Under the pieces are notes generated by a model. That model saw nothing but the letters and a program-made list of their open reading frames with translations, did no database searches and was not told where the DNA came from. Source: Candidatus Methylomirabilota bacterium (GTDB lineage Bacteria > Acidobacteriota > Thermoanaerobaculia > Thermoanaerobaculales > Sulfomarinibacteraceae). Taken from it: a stretch of 64,000 nucleotides of DNA. The position numbers and the translations under genes were made by a program. Positions 36,076 through 45,441 of the stretch are shown here, in pieces (position 1 is the stretch's first letter; every line of letters starts with the position of its first letter). Location of the stretch: contig DATHSO010000198.1 of the NCBI GenBank assembly GCA_035464095.1, forward strand, positions 12,071 through 76,070. The letters run 5' to 3'.

Positions 36076-36919
36076 GGCCGCCCTCCTCCGTCACCTCGAC
36101 CACGGCCGCCGGGGCGACTTCCTGGAGCGTTCTCGGGTCGTCGATGATGTAGTAGACCTCCGGCCGCGTGCCGAGTCCCGGCTTGCGCCTGATGGCCATC
36201 CGCTCGGTCAGGATCTCCCGGACCTTGGAGTGCGGGTCGTTGATGTCGCCGAAGACGATCTCGTCGTTGGTGCAGACCTCGACGCAGGCCGGCTGGAGGC
36301 CGCGGGCCAGCCGCTCCTCGCAGAAGGTGCACTTCTCGACCACGCCCCGCATCCGGGTCGGGTAGTCGATGGTGGGGTCGTCGAGGATCCTGCGGGGATC
36401 CATGTAGTTGAAGGACCGCGAGCCGTAGGGACAGGCCACCACGCAGTAGCGGCAGCCGATGCAGCGGTGCCAGTCCATCATGACGATGCCGTCGGACTCC
36501 CGCCTCCAGGTCGCCTGGGTCGGGCAGACCCGGGTGCACGGCGGGTTGTCGCAGTGGTTGCACAGCAGCAGGGTGGGCTTGCCCTTGAGGTCCTCGCGGA
36601 TGAAGTGGAACTCCTGGGAGTGGAAGGCGGTCTCGAAGTCGTCCGCCCAGATCCACTTGATCGCGTTCTTCTCGTCGTCGCCGAAGTCGGGGACGTTGTG
36701 GGTCCGGTGGCAGGCTTCGATGCAGCGCTCGACGAGCGCGTCGTTCTTGGCGAACTTGCGCAGGTCGATGACCATGGCCAGACGGACGCCGTCCGTCGAA
36801 GGGGCGTCATGGTCGGCGGCGGCGCCGCTGCTCGCGGTCGCCTTGATCGACGACGCACCGGCGGCGCCCAGGGCGGTCAGCCCGGCCAGCTTCAGGAACT
36901 TTCGTCTGCTCCCGTCCAT
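36068..36919 (-). CDS. dsrO: DsrO, periplasmic Tat-exported poly-ferredoxin
   Basis: Tat signal SRRKFLKLAG. Cluster motifs CNHCDNPPCTRVCP, CIGCRYCVVACP and CTFCEERL...CVEVC. Confidence 0.9.
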   Translation of the reverse strand: MDGSRRKFLKLAGLTALGAAGASSIKATASSGAAADHDAPSTDGVRLAMVIDLRKFAKNDALVERCIEACHRTHNVPDFGDDEKNAIKWIWADDFETAFHSQEFHFIREDLKGKPTLLLCNHCDNPPCTRVCPTQATWRRESDGIVMMDWHRCIGCRYCVVACPYGSRSFNYMDPRRILDDPTIDYPTRMRGVVEKCTFCEERLARGLQPACVEVCTNDEIVFGDINDPHSKVREILTERMAIRRKPGLGTRPEVYYIIDDPRTLQEVAPAAVVEVTEEGGHA

Positions 36920-37308
36920 CAGTTGGCCTCCTTCGGTTCCACGTGGCAGTCCCAGCAGTAGGGGTCGACCACCATGAAGTTGTGGCAGGCGTCGCAGAAC
37001 TCGGTCTTGTTGGAGTGGCAGTCCATGCAGGTGCGCGACAGGCTCATGTCGTAGACCTTGCCCGTGGTCGCGCTGACGTAGTCGCGCCGGCCGAGACGCA
37101 CCACGTCGTCCCGCCACCGATCCAGCAGGTCGATGTGGTTCTTTCGCATGGTGTCCCTGGCCTCGACGCACTCGGTGGCGCCGTTGGGCGGCGATTTGAG
37201 CTCGGGGACGTCGGGCCCCTCGGCGGTCATCGCGTTGAACCACAGCGGCGAGGTGGCGAGGACGAGGAAGACCACGATTCCGACGATGATTTTGCCCGCG
37301 TCATACAT
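36919..37308 (-). CDS. dsrJ: DsrJ, membrane-anchored triheme cytochrome c
   Basis: 129 aa with an N-terminal anchor helix and three CxxCH motifs (CMDCH, CDACH, CWDCH). Confidence 0.9.
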   Translation of the reverse strand: MYDAGKIIVGIVVFLVLATSPLWFNAMTAEGPDVPELKSPPNGATECVEARDTMRKNHIDLLDRWRDDVVRLGRRDYVSATTGKVYDMSLSRTCMDCHSNKTEFCDACHNFMVVDPYCWDCHVEPKEAN

Positions 37309-38920
37309 CGGTGGTGTCCTCCGTTTCTTTCAGCGGTTCGCCCCGCAAGTTGAGGGTGCGCTCCGGCTCGCCGTCCATCACCAGGGCGTTGGCCACCAGC
37401 TCGTGGACGCCGCTGATCTCAACCCCGGGGGCCCAGTACTGGGCGAGGGGCGGCAGCGTCGCGCGGTCGATGGCGCAGATGCAGCTCATCAGGTTGACGC
37501 CGTGGGTGTCGCGGACGTACTTGAGCGCGTTGCCCCGCGGCAGGCCGCCGCGAAGCCGCATCTCCATGTTCTCGTCGTTGCCGAGGCCGGCCCCGCCGGC
37601 GCAGCAGAAGGTGTGCTCGCGGATGGTGTTCTCCGGCATCTCGAAGAAGTTGTTGCAGACGTTCTTGAGGATGTAGCGAGGCTCCTCGAACAGGCCGAGG
37701 GCGCGCGACGGGTTGCAGGAGTCGTGGAATGTGACCCGATACTTGTCGTTACGGCTCGGGTCGAGCTTGATCTTGTTGTGGCGGATCAGGTCGGAGGTGA
37801 ACTCGCAGATGTGGACCATTTTGGTGGACGCCGCGTTGTGGAAGACGGTGCCCGTCAGGGGCGACACCGGCTGCTCCAAGAAGTCGGCAGGGCCGTTCAT
37901 GGTGTCCATGTACTGGTGCATGACCCGCCACATGTGGCCGCACTCGCCGCCGAGGATCCACTTGACGCCGAGCCGCTTGGCCTCGTGGTAGATCTTGTAG
38001 TTGAGCTTCTTGATGGTCTCGTGGGAGGTGAAGAGGCCGAAGTTGCCCCCCTCCGAGGCGTAGGCCGACATCGTGTAGTCGAGCCCGATCTGCTTGAACA
38101 GCATCAGGTAGCCGATGAAGGTGTAGGTGCCGGGGTCGGCGAAGTAGTCGGCCGAGGGGATGATGAACAGGACCTCGGCGCCCTTCTTGTTGATCACCGG
38201 GTCGACCTTGATGCCCAGGTCGTCCTCGAGCTCCTCGCACAGGAACTCGATGTTGTCCTTGAAGGTGTGGGGCTGGATGCCGAGGTGGTTGCCGGTGCGC
38301 TGGCAGTTGGCCACGGGCTCGACCACCCAGTTGATGTTGAGGCCGAGCAGCATCATGAGCTCGCGGGCCATCATGGTGATCTCGGCGGTGTCGATGCCGT
38401 AGGGGCAGTAGACGCTGCAGCGGCGGCACTCGGTGCACTGGAAGAAGTAGTAGTACCACTCCTTGAGCACGTCCTGGGTCAGCTTACGGCCGCCGGCGAG
38501 GGTCCCGAGAATCTTGCCGGCGGTGGTGAAGTCGGCCCGGTAGATGGAGCGCAGCAGCTCCGAGCGCAGGACCGGCATGTTCTTGGGGTCACCGGAGCCG
38601 ATGAAGAAGTGGCACTTGTCGGCGCAGGCGCCGCAGCGCACGCAGGTCTCCATGAACAGCCGCAGCGACCGGTACTTTGCGAGCCGCTCCTTGAAGCCGT
38701 CGTGGATGATCTGCTGCCAGTTCTCCGGCAGCTTCCAGTCCTCGTCGGTGGGCGACCAGTCACGGGGATTGGGAAAGCCCATGTACACGAGGTTCTTGGC
38801 GACCCCCGGGTAGGACCAGGTCCCGCGCCGGGACTCGAAGTCCACGGACGGGTCCATCCAGCCGCTGCGCGGCGGGTCGAGGTCGATCTGGATGAGTTCC
38901 TGAGGTGACTTCTCCGACAT
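37301..38920 (-). CDS. dsrK: DsrK, HdrD-like cytoplasmic Fe-S (CCG-domain) subunit
   Basis: 539 aa with CVRCGACADKC and CTECRRCSVYCP ferredoxin motifs and CCG-type Cys clusters (FHDSCNP..., FCCAGGAG). Confidence 0.92.
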   Translation of the reverse strand: MSEKSPQELIQIDLDPPRSGWMDPSVDFESRRGTWSYPGVAKNLVYMGFPNPRDWSPTDEDWKLPENWQQIIHDGFKERLAKYRSLRLFMETCVRCGACADKCHFFIGSGDPKNMPVLRSELLRSIYRADFTTAGKILGTLAGGRKLTQDVLKEWYYYFFQCTECRRCSVYCPYGIDTAEITMMARELMMLLGLNINWVVEPVANCQRTGNHLGIQPHTFKDNIEFLCEELEDDLGIKVDPVINKKGAEVLFIIPSADYFADPGTYTFIGYLMLFKQIGLDYTMSAYASEGGNFGLFTSHETIKKLNYKIYHEAKRLGVKWILGGECGHMWRVMHQYMDTMNGPADFLEQPVSPLTGTVFHNAASTKMVHICEFTSDLIRHNKIKLDPSRNDKYRVTFHDSCNPSRALGLFEEPRYILKNVCNNFFEMPENTIREHTFCCAGGAGLGNDENMEMRLRGGLPRGNALKYVRDTHGVNLMSCICAIDRATLPPLAQYWAPGVEISGVHELVANALVMDGEPERTLNLRGEPLKETEDTTDV

Positions 38921-38923
38921 CGC

Positions 38924-39919
38924 TCACTCCTTGTCCAAAACGTAGCCGGAGGCCACCAGCTTGTCGTGGAACTCCTCCTCCCACTCGGCGTAGGTGTGGC
39001 CGATGATGGGCGGGTTCCACGGGTTGACGTGGCGCTTGGTACGGTTGGTGTTGGCCAGGTTGCGGGTCGGGGACAGGAACACCCCGGGAGCGTGCAGGAG
39101 CTTGGAGAAGGGGAAGTAGACGAACAGCACGCTGACCAGGAAGACGTGGATGAAGTACAGCGGCCCGACCCCCGACGGGGCCACCAGCTCGAACGAGGCC
39201 CAGCCGGCGATCGCCGCCTTGACGTTGACGATGTCGACCTTTTCGACGTGGCGCATCAGAAAGCCCGAGATCCCGATGCCGAGCAGCAGGTACAGGACGA
39301 AGTAGTCGCTCGGCAGGGAGATGTACTTGAGCTTGGGGTCGAAGAACCGGCGGGCGAGCAGGTAGGCGAGCGACACCATGAAGAGGATCGAGGTGATGTA
39401 GAAGACCGGCAGACCGACCCGGAAGAAGCCGTCGGCCCACTGCAGCCAGCCCACCCACAGCGGGACCGGCTCGACGAAGAACCGGAAGTGCCGCAGCACG
39501 ACGATCAGCATCGACCAGTGGAAGGCCATGGCGGCCGCCCAGAGGTACTTGGTGCTGATGTAGTTGACCTTCTGCTTGTGGGGCAGGAGCTCGACCTTGG
39601 TGTTGCGGAACAGGGACCTGAAGAAGAAGATCTCCAGGAACATCCGCCCGATCACCCCGAGCGTCCCGCTGGGGTTGTCGAGCTCTGATCTCTTGATCCA
39701 GGGCAGCGACCTCTGCTGACCGGCGGTGGTGGGAATCCGGAACGGGACCGGTGCTCGCGCCCACCGGATCACCCTGGCGATGAGGCCCACCAGGAAGACC
39801 GCGAACGCGACGCCCGGGATCACCGCCCCGAACAGCAACCGCAGATCGTCAGAGGCGACCGCCGTGACGGCGACCAGTGCCAATGCGGCGACCGCGACGA
39901 GGGAAACCAAGGCACCCAT
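38924..39919 (-). CDS. dsrM: DsrM, NarI/HdrE-like dihaem b membrane subunit
   Basis: 331 aa with 5-6 TM helices and conserved His residues (HWSM, RHF, MRH, IHV). First gene of dsrMKJOP. Confidence 0.88.
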   Translation of the reverse strand: MGALVSLVAVAALALVAVTAVASDDLRLLFGAVIPGVAFAVFLVGLIARVIRWARAPVPFRIPTTAGQQRSLPWIKRSELDNPSGTLGVIGRMFLEIFFFRSLFRNTKVELLPHKQKVNYISTKYLWAAAMAFHWSMLIVVLRHFRFFVEPVPLWVGWLQWADGFFRVGLPVFYITSILFMVSLAYLLARRFFDPKLKYISLPSDYFVLYLLLGIGISGFLMRHVEKVDIVNVKAAIAGWASFELVAPSGVGPLYFIHVFLVSVLFVYFPFSKLLHAPGVFLSPTRNLANTNRTKRHVNPWNPPIIGHTYAEWEEEFHDKLVASGYVLDKE

Positions 39920-40048
39920 CGACTCGAGACCTCCTTCCTACAACAATCGGATCCGGCCGCGGGCGACCCGGAGTCGGCCGGAAGCGTGATTCTCGCGCGT
40001 GGCCGGTGGCAGCCGCCGGGCTCCCGGAGAGAAGCACGGGGTCGCCAC

Positions 40049-40567
40049 CTATCTCGAGCCCGAGGATGGCTCGCCGGCACGCTGCTCGCGCCACTCGTTG
40101 AGGCGTTCCATCTGTTTCAGCGAACGGTTGCGGATCTCTCGCACCCGGATCTCGGAGACCTGCTCGCGGCAGCCGCTGTAGACGTCGAACGCGGCCAGCA
40201 GCAGGTGGTCGACCCGGTCGTCGAAGTCGCGTCGCACGGCGTCCGAGGCTTCGGACACGACGTCGTCGAAGATCTCCTTGAGGTCGAGGACGAAGCCGAC
40301 CGCCTGCGACGGTGACATGTCCTGCAGGGCCCGGATCCGGACGATCCGGTCGAGACCCGGGGCCAGCTGGACCGGGTCCCGGTCGTCGAGCACGCCGTCG
40401 AGGATCGGCGCGAGCTCCTCGCGGAGCGCCGCGCCCACGGGGTTGGCGAACGGGTCTTGCTGGTCGCGCAGAAAGCGCGCGGTCTCGACCGGGTAGCGGT
40501 CGACGATCCGGTCGAACCACCGTTCGACCACCGTGTCCCGATCGGTCTGACTGAGGTGCAGCGACAT
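40049..40567 (-). CDS. dsrT: DsrT-like protein (RsbRD N-terminal-domain family)
   Basis: 172 aa from ATG 40567 (GGGAGGG ribosome-binding site). The position immediately upstream of dsrM matches dsrT in other dsr loci. A sigma-54 promoter lies inside the longer ORF-track version, which argues for the shorter start. Confidence 0.6.
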   Translation of the reverse strand: MSLHLSQTDRDTVVERWFDRIVDRYPVETARFLRDQQDPFANPVGAALREELAPILDGVLDDRDPVQLAPGLDRIVRIRALQDMSPSQAVGFVLDLKEIFDDVVSEASDAVRRDFDDRVDHLLLAAFDVYSGCREQVSEIRVREIRNRSLKQMERLNEWREQRAGEPSSGSR

Positions 40568-40595
40568 CGACGCCCTCCCGAATCGTTCTCCCCCG

Positions 40596-40611
40596 TGCAA
40601 CCGTTGTGCCA
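40596..40611 (-). promoter_or_regulatory. Sigma-54 (-24/-12) promoter for dsrT-dsrMKJOP
   Basis: The minus strand reads TGGCACAACGGTTGCA, matching TGGCAC-N5-TTGCA with correct GG/GC spacing. It ends about 29 nt upstream of ATG 40567. Confidence 0.75.
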
Positions 40612-40750
40612 GTGGTCGGGACGCCCCCCCGTTCCGCAAAACACTCATCCTGCGCGACCTGGCCCGCCTCCAGGAGCCTTTCGCGCCCGCGATCCGTCAC
40701 CTGGCGTTTCGGCCACGTAACGAGCCTCCCGGGAACGCGGGCATCCGGAG

Positions 40751-40786
40751 AAAAAACGCCCCGCCGCCTCGCCTCCCGAGGGAGGC
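40751..40786 (-). terminator. Terminator-like hairpin plus U-run downstream of dsrC
   Basis: On the minus strand, GCCTCC-CTCG-GGAGGC is followed 14 nt later by TTTTTT. Confidence 0.45.
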
Positions 40787-40823
40787 AAGACGGAAGGGCA
40801 CCGCGGTTACGAGACGTGGTCGG

Positions 40824-41141
40824 TCAGACGCAGCCGGTCGGCTTGGGAAGGCCTGCGACCTTGCAGGCGCCCTTGGCCGGACCCGACGGGAACAGCTCGT
40901 AGATCTCCTTGAGCTGGAAGCCGGTCTGCTTGCAGAGCTTGCGGATCATGGGCGCGACACCGAACTGCAGGTAGTAGTCGCGCAGGTAGTTCACGACCTT
41001 CCAGTGGTTCTCGGTCAGCTCGTCCACGCCCTCGGTGGTCGCCAGCGCTGCCGCGACGTCCTCGTTCCACTTGTCGGGCTCCTGCATGAAGCCGTCCTCG
41101 TCGACCGAAATGGAGACGTTGCCGTGCTCGAAAGTTGCCAT
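40824..41141 (-). CDS. dsrC: DsrC (TusE/DsrC family) with both redox-active C-terminal cysteines
   Basis: 105 aa. The C-terminus is ...GACKVAGLPKPTGCV: the penultimate Cys plus a Cys 10 residues upstream. GGGAGG ribosome-binding site. Confidence 0.93.
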   Translation of the reverse strand: MATFEHGNVSISVDEDGFMQEPDKWNEDVAAALATTEGVDELTENHWKVVNYLRDYYLQFGVAPMIRKLCKQTGFQLKEIYELFPSGPAKGACKVAGLPKPTGCV

Positions 41142-41144
41142 TAC

Positions 41145-41738
41145 TCAATCCTCCCTTGGTTTGTCCGGGCCTTCAGCGCCGGTGATTTCCACGAGTGTGA
41201 CGCTGCCCTTGCGGGCCTTCTTCATTTGAGCCTTCTCCATGGCCTTGACGAAGTCCTGGGACGGCGCGTGGCCGAGCTCCATGGCGCGCCCGAGGTGCCT
41301 CTCGGCGGCCCCGAGGTTGTCGAGCGCGAGCTGGGCCACCGCCGCGTGGTAGTGGGCCGCGGCGTGCTCCCGGTCGAGCTCGATGACCCGCTCGTTGCAC
41401 TTCAACAGATTTCCGGGGTCGTTGAGGTAGAGGTAGGCCTGCCCCAGGTTGTAGTGAGCCACCACCGAGTTCTCATCCAGCTTGATGGCCTCCAGGTTGG
41501 CGTCCCGGCACCCGGCGAACTCCCACCGCATGAGCAGTACACCGCCCAGGTTGACCCACGCCTCGACCATCGTCGGGTCGAGCTCGAGGGCCTTGCGGTA
41601 CGCCTCCTCCGCGGCCTTCACCCGTCCGGAAACGGTGTAGGCGAGCCCCAGATTGTAATGAGCGGCGGCCGAGTCGGGGGTGTCCTCGACCGCTTGCAGG
41701 CAGCGCTCGATGCGCTGCCGTTGGCTTTCACGACTCAT
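41145..41738 (-). CDS. TPR-repeat protein
   Basis: 197 aa with about 4 TPR units (AHYNLGLAY, AWVNLGGVL, AHYNLGQAY, AHYHAAVAQ). GGAGG ribosome-binding site. The stop is 3 nt before the dsrC start. Confidence 0.8.
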   Translation of the reverse strand: MSRESQRQRIERCLQAVEDTPDSAAAHYNLGLAYTVSGRVKAAEEAYRKALELDPTMVEAWVNLGGVLLMRWEFAGCRDANLEAIKLDENSVVAHYNLGQAYLYLNDPGNLLKCNERVIELDREHAAAHYHAAVAQLALDNLGAAERHLGRAMELGHAPSQDFVKAMEKAQMKKARKGSVTLVEITGAEGPDKPRED

Positions 41739-42219
41739 CGAGTCCTCCAGACACCTCGAGCAGCCTGTCCAGGGCGTCGCGCTCGGCCTGGCTTTCGAGG
41801 TCGACGTGCTCGGCGACCTCGCCGCACAGAGGGCCGACCAGCTCGGGGGCTGCCTCGGCAATCCGGGCGAGGGCGCGCAGGATTTCCGGCCGGAGGCCAT
41901 CGTCCCAGGCCAGGGAAGCGAGGGGCGCCACGAAGGGTCGGATCAGCTCGGGATCGCGGTATCCGATCTCGGCCAGGGCCGGAATACCGTACAGGCCGTT
42001 GGTCGCCGACTCGTCGTTCAGGGCCCACATCAGCCGCCGCAGGAGATCACGGCCGACCTCGCGGTGGCTGGCCGCGGCCACGCCCAGGGCGCGGGCGGCA
42101 CGTTGCCGCATGGCCTCGTCCGGGTCCCACAGCCGCCCCAGCAGGAAACGGATCGCCCTCGGCTGGCTGCTTGCCAGCGCGCCGAGTGCCCGTTCGTCTC
42201 CGGCCCGGAGCAGCTCCAT
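41728..42219 (-). CDS. HEAT/armadillo-like helical-repeat protein
   Basis: About 163 aa, Leu/Ala/Arg-rich helical repeats (DPDEAMRQRAARALG..., RPEILRALARI). The start is either ATG 42219 (preferred) or ATG 42240. It overlaps both neighbours. Confidence 0.6.
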   Translation of the reverse strand: MELLRAGDERALGALASSQPRAIRFLLGRLWDPDEAMRQRAARALGVAAASHREVGRDLLRRLMWALNDESATNGLYGIPALAEIGYRDPELIRPFVAPLASLAWDDGLRPEILRALARIAEAAPELVGPLCGEVAEHVDLESQAERDALDRLLEVSGGLDES

Positions 42220-42230
42220 CACTCGTCCCT

Positions 42231-43631
42231 TCAGCCCCATGCCGCCGCCGGTTGGGTGACCTCGGCCGAGTGGGTCGTGGCCGATGCCAGGAAACCGTCG
42301 GCCCAACCGGGGGTCGCCGACGCGTGCAGGTGCAGGTACGAGGCCCACACCCGTCCCTTCACGATCCCGTCCCGACCGTCGCCGATCCCGGTCCCGCGGT
42401 CGACGGCGGCGACTGCAGCGTTCCGGTCCTCGCCCCCGACGATTCGGGAGTAGTGGAACTCGTGGCCCCTCAGCTCGGTGCCGACTTCGAAGAACGGGTT
42501 GGCGCGATCGACGGTGACGATCTCGTAGCCGTGGCCCTGCGGTCTGGCGGTCTGCTCGACCACCAGGTCCAGGACGCCCGCCATGGGGTAGCTCGAGCCG
42601 CCGACCCGAAGCTCCCGCGCCAAATACATGAGGCCGCCGCACTCGGCGTAGACCGGCAGGCCGCCGGCGGCCCGCTCACGCACCGACTCGGCGAAGCAGC
42701 GGTTATCAGCGAGACGCGCGGCGTGGACCTCCGGGAAACCGCCGCCGATGTAGAGGCCGTCGACCTCGGGCAGGCGGCGGTCGTCGCTCGGCGACACCGC
42801 CACCAGCCGGGCGCCGGCGGCCTCGAGCGCCTCCAGGTTCTCGGGGTAGTAGAAGCTGAAGGCCCGGTCCGAGAAGTAGCCGATGGCGACCCGGGTCCGG
42901 CCCGGCCGGAGGTCGGCCACGTCGAGCTCGACCGCGGGCGCGCCGGCGGCCAGCGCCTGAAGGCGAGCCAGGTCGACGTGCGCGGCCACCGCGTCGGCGG
43001 CGCGCTCGATGGCCTCGTCGCGGCGGGGGTGCTCCACCGCCGTGACCAGACCCAGGTGACGGTCCGGCAGTGGGTCGTCACCGCGAAGCTTCGGGACCGC
43101 GCCGACCACCGGAATGCCGGTCGCACTCTCGATGGCCTCGCGCACCACCGCCTCCTGCCGGGAGGTGGCGACCCGATTGAGGATCACCCCGGCCAGGTCG
43201 AGCTCCGGGTCGAGGTGGATCGAGCCGAGCACCGCCGCCGCGGCGGTGCGCGTGACCTTGGTGACATTGACCACGAGCACCACCGGCGAGGCCAGGAGCT
43301 TCGCCAGGGTGGCCGTGGAGTGGCTGCCGGCGGCGTCGACGCCGTCGAACAGGCCACGGTTGCCCTCCACGAGAAGGAGGTCGGCGTCCGACCCGGCCGC
43401 GACGGCCCGACCGATGAACGACACCGTCATGAGGTAGGGATCGAGGTTGCGACACGGGCGACCGGTCGCGGCGGCCAACCAGGCGGCGTCGATGTAGTCC
43501 GGGCCCTTCTTGAAGGCCTGGACCACCCGACCGGTCCGGGTGAGCGCCCGGCACAGACCGAGGCTGACCAGGGTCTTGCCGCCGTCGCCGGCAAGCCCGG
43601 CGACCACCAGCCGGGGAGTTCGCAGTCGCAT
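42231..43631 (-). CDS. dsrN: DsrN, cobyrinate a,c-diamide synthase-family amidotransferase (siroheme amidase)
   Basis: 466 aa with an N-terminal P-loop (AGLAGDGGKT), KGPDYID, and a C-terminal GATase with AECGGLMYL. Confidence 0.88.
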   Translation of the reverse strand: MRLRTPRLVVAGLAGDGGKTLVSLGLCRALTRTGRVVQAFKKGPDYIDAAWLAAATGRPCRNLDPYLMTVSFIGRAVAAGSDADLLLVEGNRGLFDGVDAAGSHSTATLAKLLASPVVLVVNVTKVTRTAAAAVLGSIHLDPELDLAGVILNRVATSRQEAVVREAIESATGIPVVGAVPKLRGDDPLPDRHLGLVTAVEHPRRDEAIERAADAVAAHVDLARLQALAAGAPAVELDVADLRPGRTRVAIGYFSDRAFSFYYPENLEALEAAGARLVAVSPSDDRRLPEVDGLYIGGGFPEVHAARLADNRCFAESVRERAAGGLPVYAECGGLMYLARELRVGGSSYPMAGVLDLVVEQTARPQGHGYEIVTVDRANPFFEVGTELRGHEFHYSRIVGGEDRNAAVAAVDRGTGIGDGRDGIVKGRVWASYLHLHASATPGWADGFLASATTHSAEVTQPAAAWG

Positions 43632-43657
43632 GATCCGGTCGTCCGTGCGCTCCCCCG

Positions 43658-45400
43658 CTACTCGCCGATGATGAAGCCGCAGGGACATTCCTCCCAACAC
43701 TTCTTGCAGCCGTCACAGTTCTCCATCCTCTTGATCTCGAAGAAGTGACCGTGGACCGGCTCAGTAGCCTTGGCGAAGACGTTGGCCTGGCAGTACATCC
43801 AGCAGTTCTCGCAGCCGAAGCACTGGCCACAGCTGAAGCAGCGGTCGCACTCGACGAGGGCGTCCGCGTCGGTGAGACCCAGGTCGACCTCGTCGAAGGG
43901 GTGGGCGAGGCGGTCGTCGGCCGTCTTCACCCGACGCTGGGTGCGCTCGATGGGCTTGTACCAGTCGAGCTTGAGCTTCTCGCTGCGGATCATGTCGCGC
44001 TTCTTGGGCTTTTCCAGCTCCTTGCCCTGGAGCTTGGCGTGGATCGCGTCCGCCGCTATCCGCGCCTGGCCGATGGAGGTGGTGGCGATGCCGAGATTGA
44101 TGTTGTCGCCGCCGGTCCAGATGCCGTCGACGCCGGTGAAGCCCCACTCGTCGCCGTTGAGCCAGCCGTTGCCGAGCTCGGCCGAGTGCAGGGACGCCAG
44201 GTCGGGCTTCTGGCTGACGGCGGTGATCATGGTCTCCACCGGCAGCTCGTAGGTGTCGCCCTCGATCGGCACGGGACGCCGGCGGCCGGAGCTGTCGGGC
44301 TCGCCGAGCTCCATGCGCTGGACGACCATCGCCTTGAGGGCGCCCTCGTCGTCCCGGATGAGCTCGATGGGGGCGGCCAGGTACTCGATGTTGATGCCCT
44401 CTTCCAGGGCCTCCTCGATCTCGCGCTCGATGGCCGGCATCTCGGCCCGGGTGCGGCGGTAGAGAATCGTCACCTCGGCGCCGAGCTTGGAAGCCATCGC
44501 CGCCGAGTCGGTGATCACCCGCTTGGACACCCGCGCCGCGTCGATGGCGGTGTCGCCGCCACCGATGACCACGACGTTGGAGCCGATCTCGACCTTCTTG
44601 CCGGAGTTCACGTGGTTGAGGAACTCAGTCCCCGTCCACAGGCCGGGGCCATCCTCCCCGGGGATGCCCATGTTCTTGCCCTGGTGGGCGCCGATGGCGA
44701 CGTAGATCGCTGCGTACTCCTTGCGGATGTCGTCGAAGGAGACGTCCTTGCCGATCTTGGTGTCGCACTTGAGCTCCACGCCCATGTCGACGATGCGCTG
44801 GATCTCGGCGTCGAGGATCTCGCGAGGCAGCCGGTAGACGGGAATGCCGTAGCGCAGCATCCCGCCCGGCTTGGGGAGGCTCTCGAACACGGTCACCTTG
44901 TAGCCGTAACGGGCGAGCTGGTAGGCGCAGGCCAGGCCGGAAGGACCGGCCCCGACGACGGCGATCTTCTGGTCCTTGGGACCCTCGCCCTCGATCATCG
45001 CGGGCTTGAGGCCGTGCTCCAGGGCGTAGTCGCCGATGAAGCGCTCGACCGAGTTGATGCCCACCGGCCCGTCCTTCTTGCCGCGGTTGCAGCCGGTCTC
45101 GCAGGGGTGCGGGCACACCCGACCCATGACGGATGGGAACGGGTTGGTCTCCATCTCGATCATGAAGGCCTGCTCGCAGGCCTCGTCGAGGCTGAGACCG
45201 AGCTTCTCGCGCAGCTGGATCACCGACAGCCAGCCGCGGATGTCATTGCCGCTCGGGCAATTGCCGGTGCACGGCGGCAGGCTCTCGACGTAGCGGGGCC
45301 GCAGCTCGGAAATCTGGGAGCCGCTGCCGGCGCCGCCACCGGCCAGGCGTGACGCCATCTTGCTCGACGAACTCTTGTCTTTCTTCTTCAACAGACCCAT
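43658..45400 (-). CDS. dsrL: DsrL, GltD-like NAD(P)H:acceptor oxidoreductase with N- and C-terminal Fe-S domains
   Basis: 580 aa. CTGNCPSGNDIRGW and CPHPCETGC; IAVVGAGPSGLACAY and VVVIGGGDTAIDAA dinucleotide folds; C-terminal ferredoxin CDRCFSCGQCFGCENC / CDGCKKCWEECPC. Confidence 0.88.
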   Translation of the reverse strand: MGLLKKKDKSSSSKMASRLAGGGAGSGSQISELRPRYVESLPPCTGNCPSGNDIRGWLSVIQLREKLGLSLDEACEQAFMIEMETNPFPSVMGRVCPHPCETGCNRGKKDGPVGINSVERFIGDYALEHGLKPAMIEGEGPKDQKIAVVGAGPSGLACAYQLARYGYKVTVFESLPKPGGMLRYGIPVYRLPREILDAEIQRIVDMGVELKCDTKIGKDVSFDDIRKEYAAIYVAIGAHQGKNMGIPGEDGPGLWTGTEFLNHVNSGKKVEIGSNVVVIGGGDTAIDAARVSKRVITDSAAMASKLGAEVTILYRRTRAEMPAIEREIEEALEEGINIEYLAAPIELIRDDEGALKAMVVQRMELGEPDSSGRRRPVPIEGDTYELPVETMITAVSQKPDLASLHSAELGNGWLNGDEWGFTGVDGIWTGGDNINLGIATTSIGQARIAADAIHAKLQGKELEKPKKRDMIRSEKLKLDWYKPIERTQRRVKTADDRLAHPFDEVDLGLTDADALVECDRCFSCGQCFGCENCWMYCQANVFAKATEPVHGHFFEIKRMENCDGCKKCWEECPCGFIIGE

Positions 45401-45441
45401 TGAAACGTCTCCTCACTGCGGCGAGTTCAGGCAGCGGACCC

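Noticed and set aside
40568-40648. The 199-aa version of the dsrT-like ORF starting at 40648.
   Set aside because: A consensus sigma-54 promoter (40596-40611) lies inside it, and the internal ATG at 40567 has a strong GGGAGGG site. The upstream 27 codons are Arg/Gly-rich and unconvincing.
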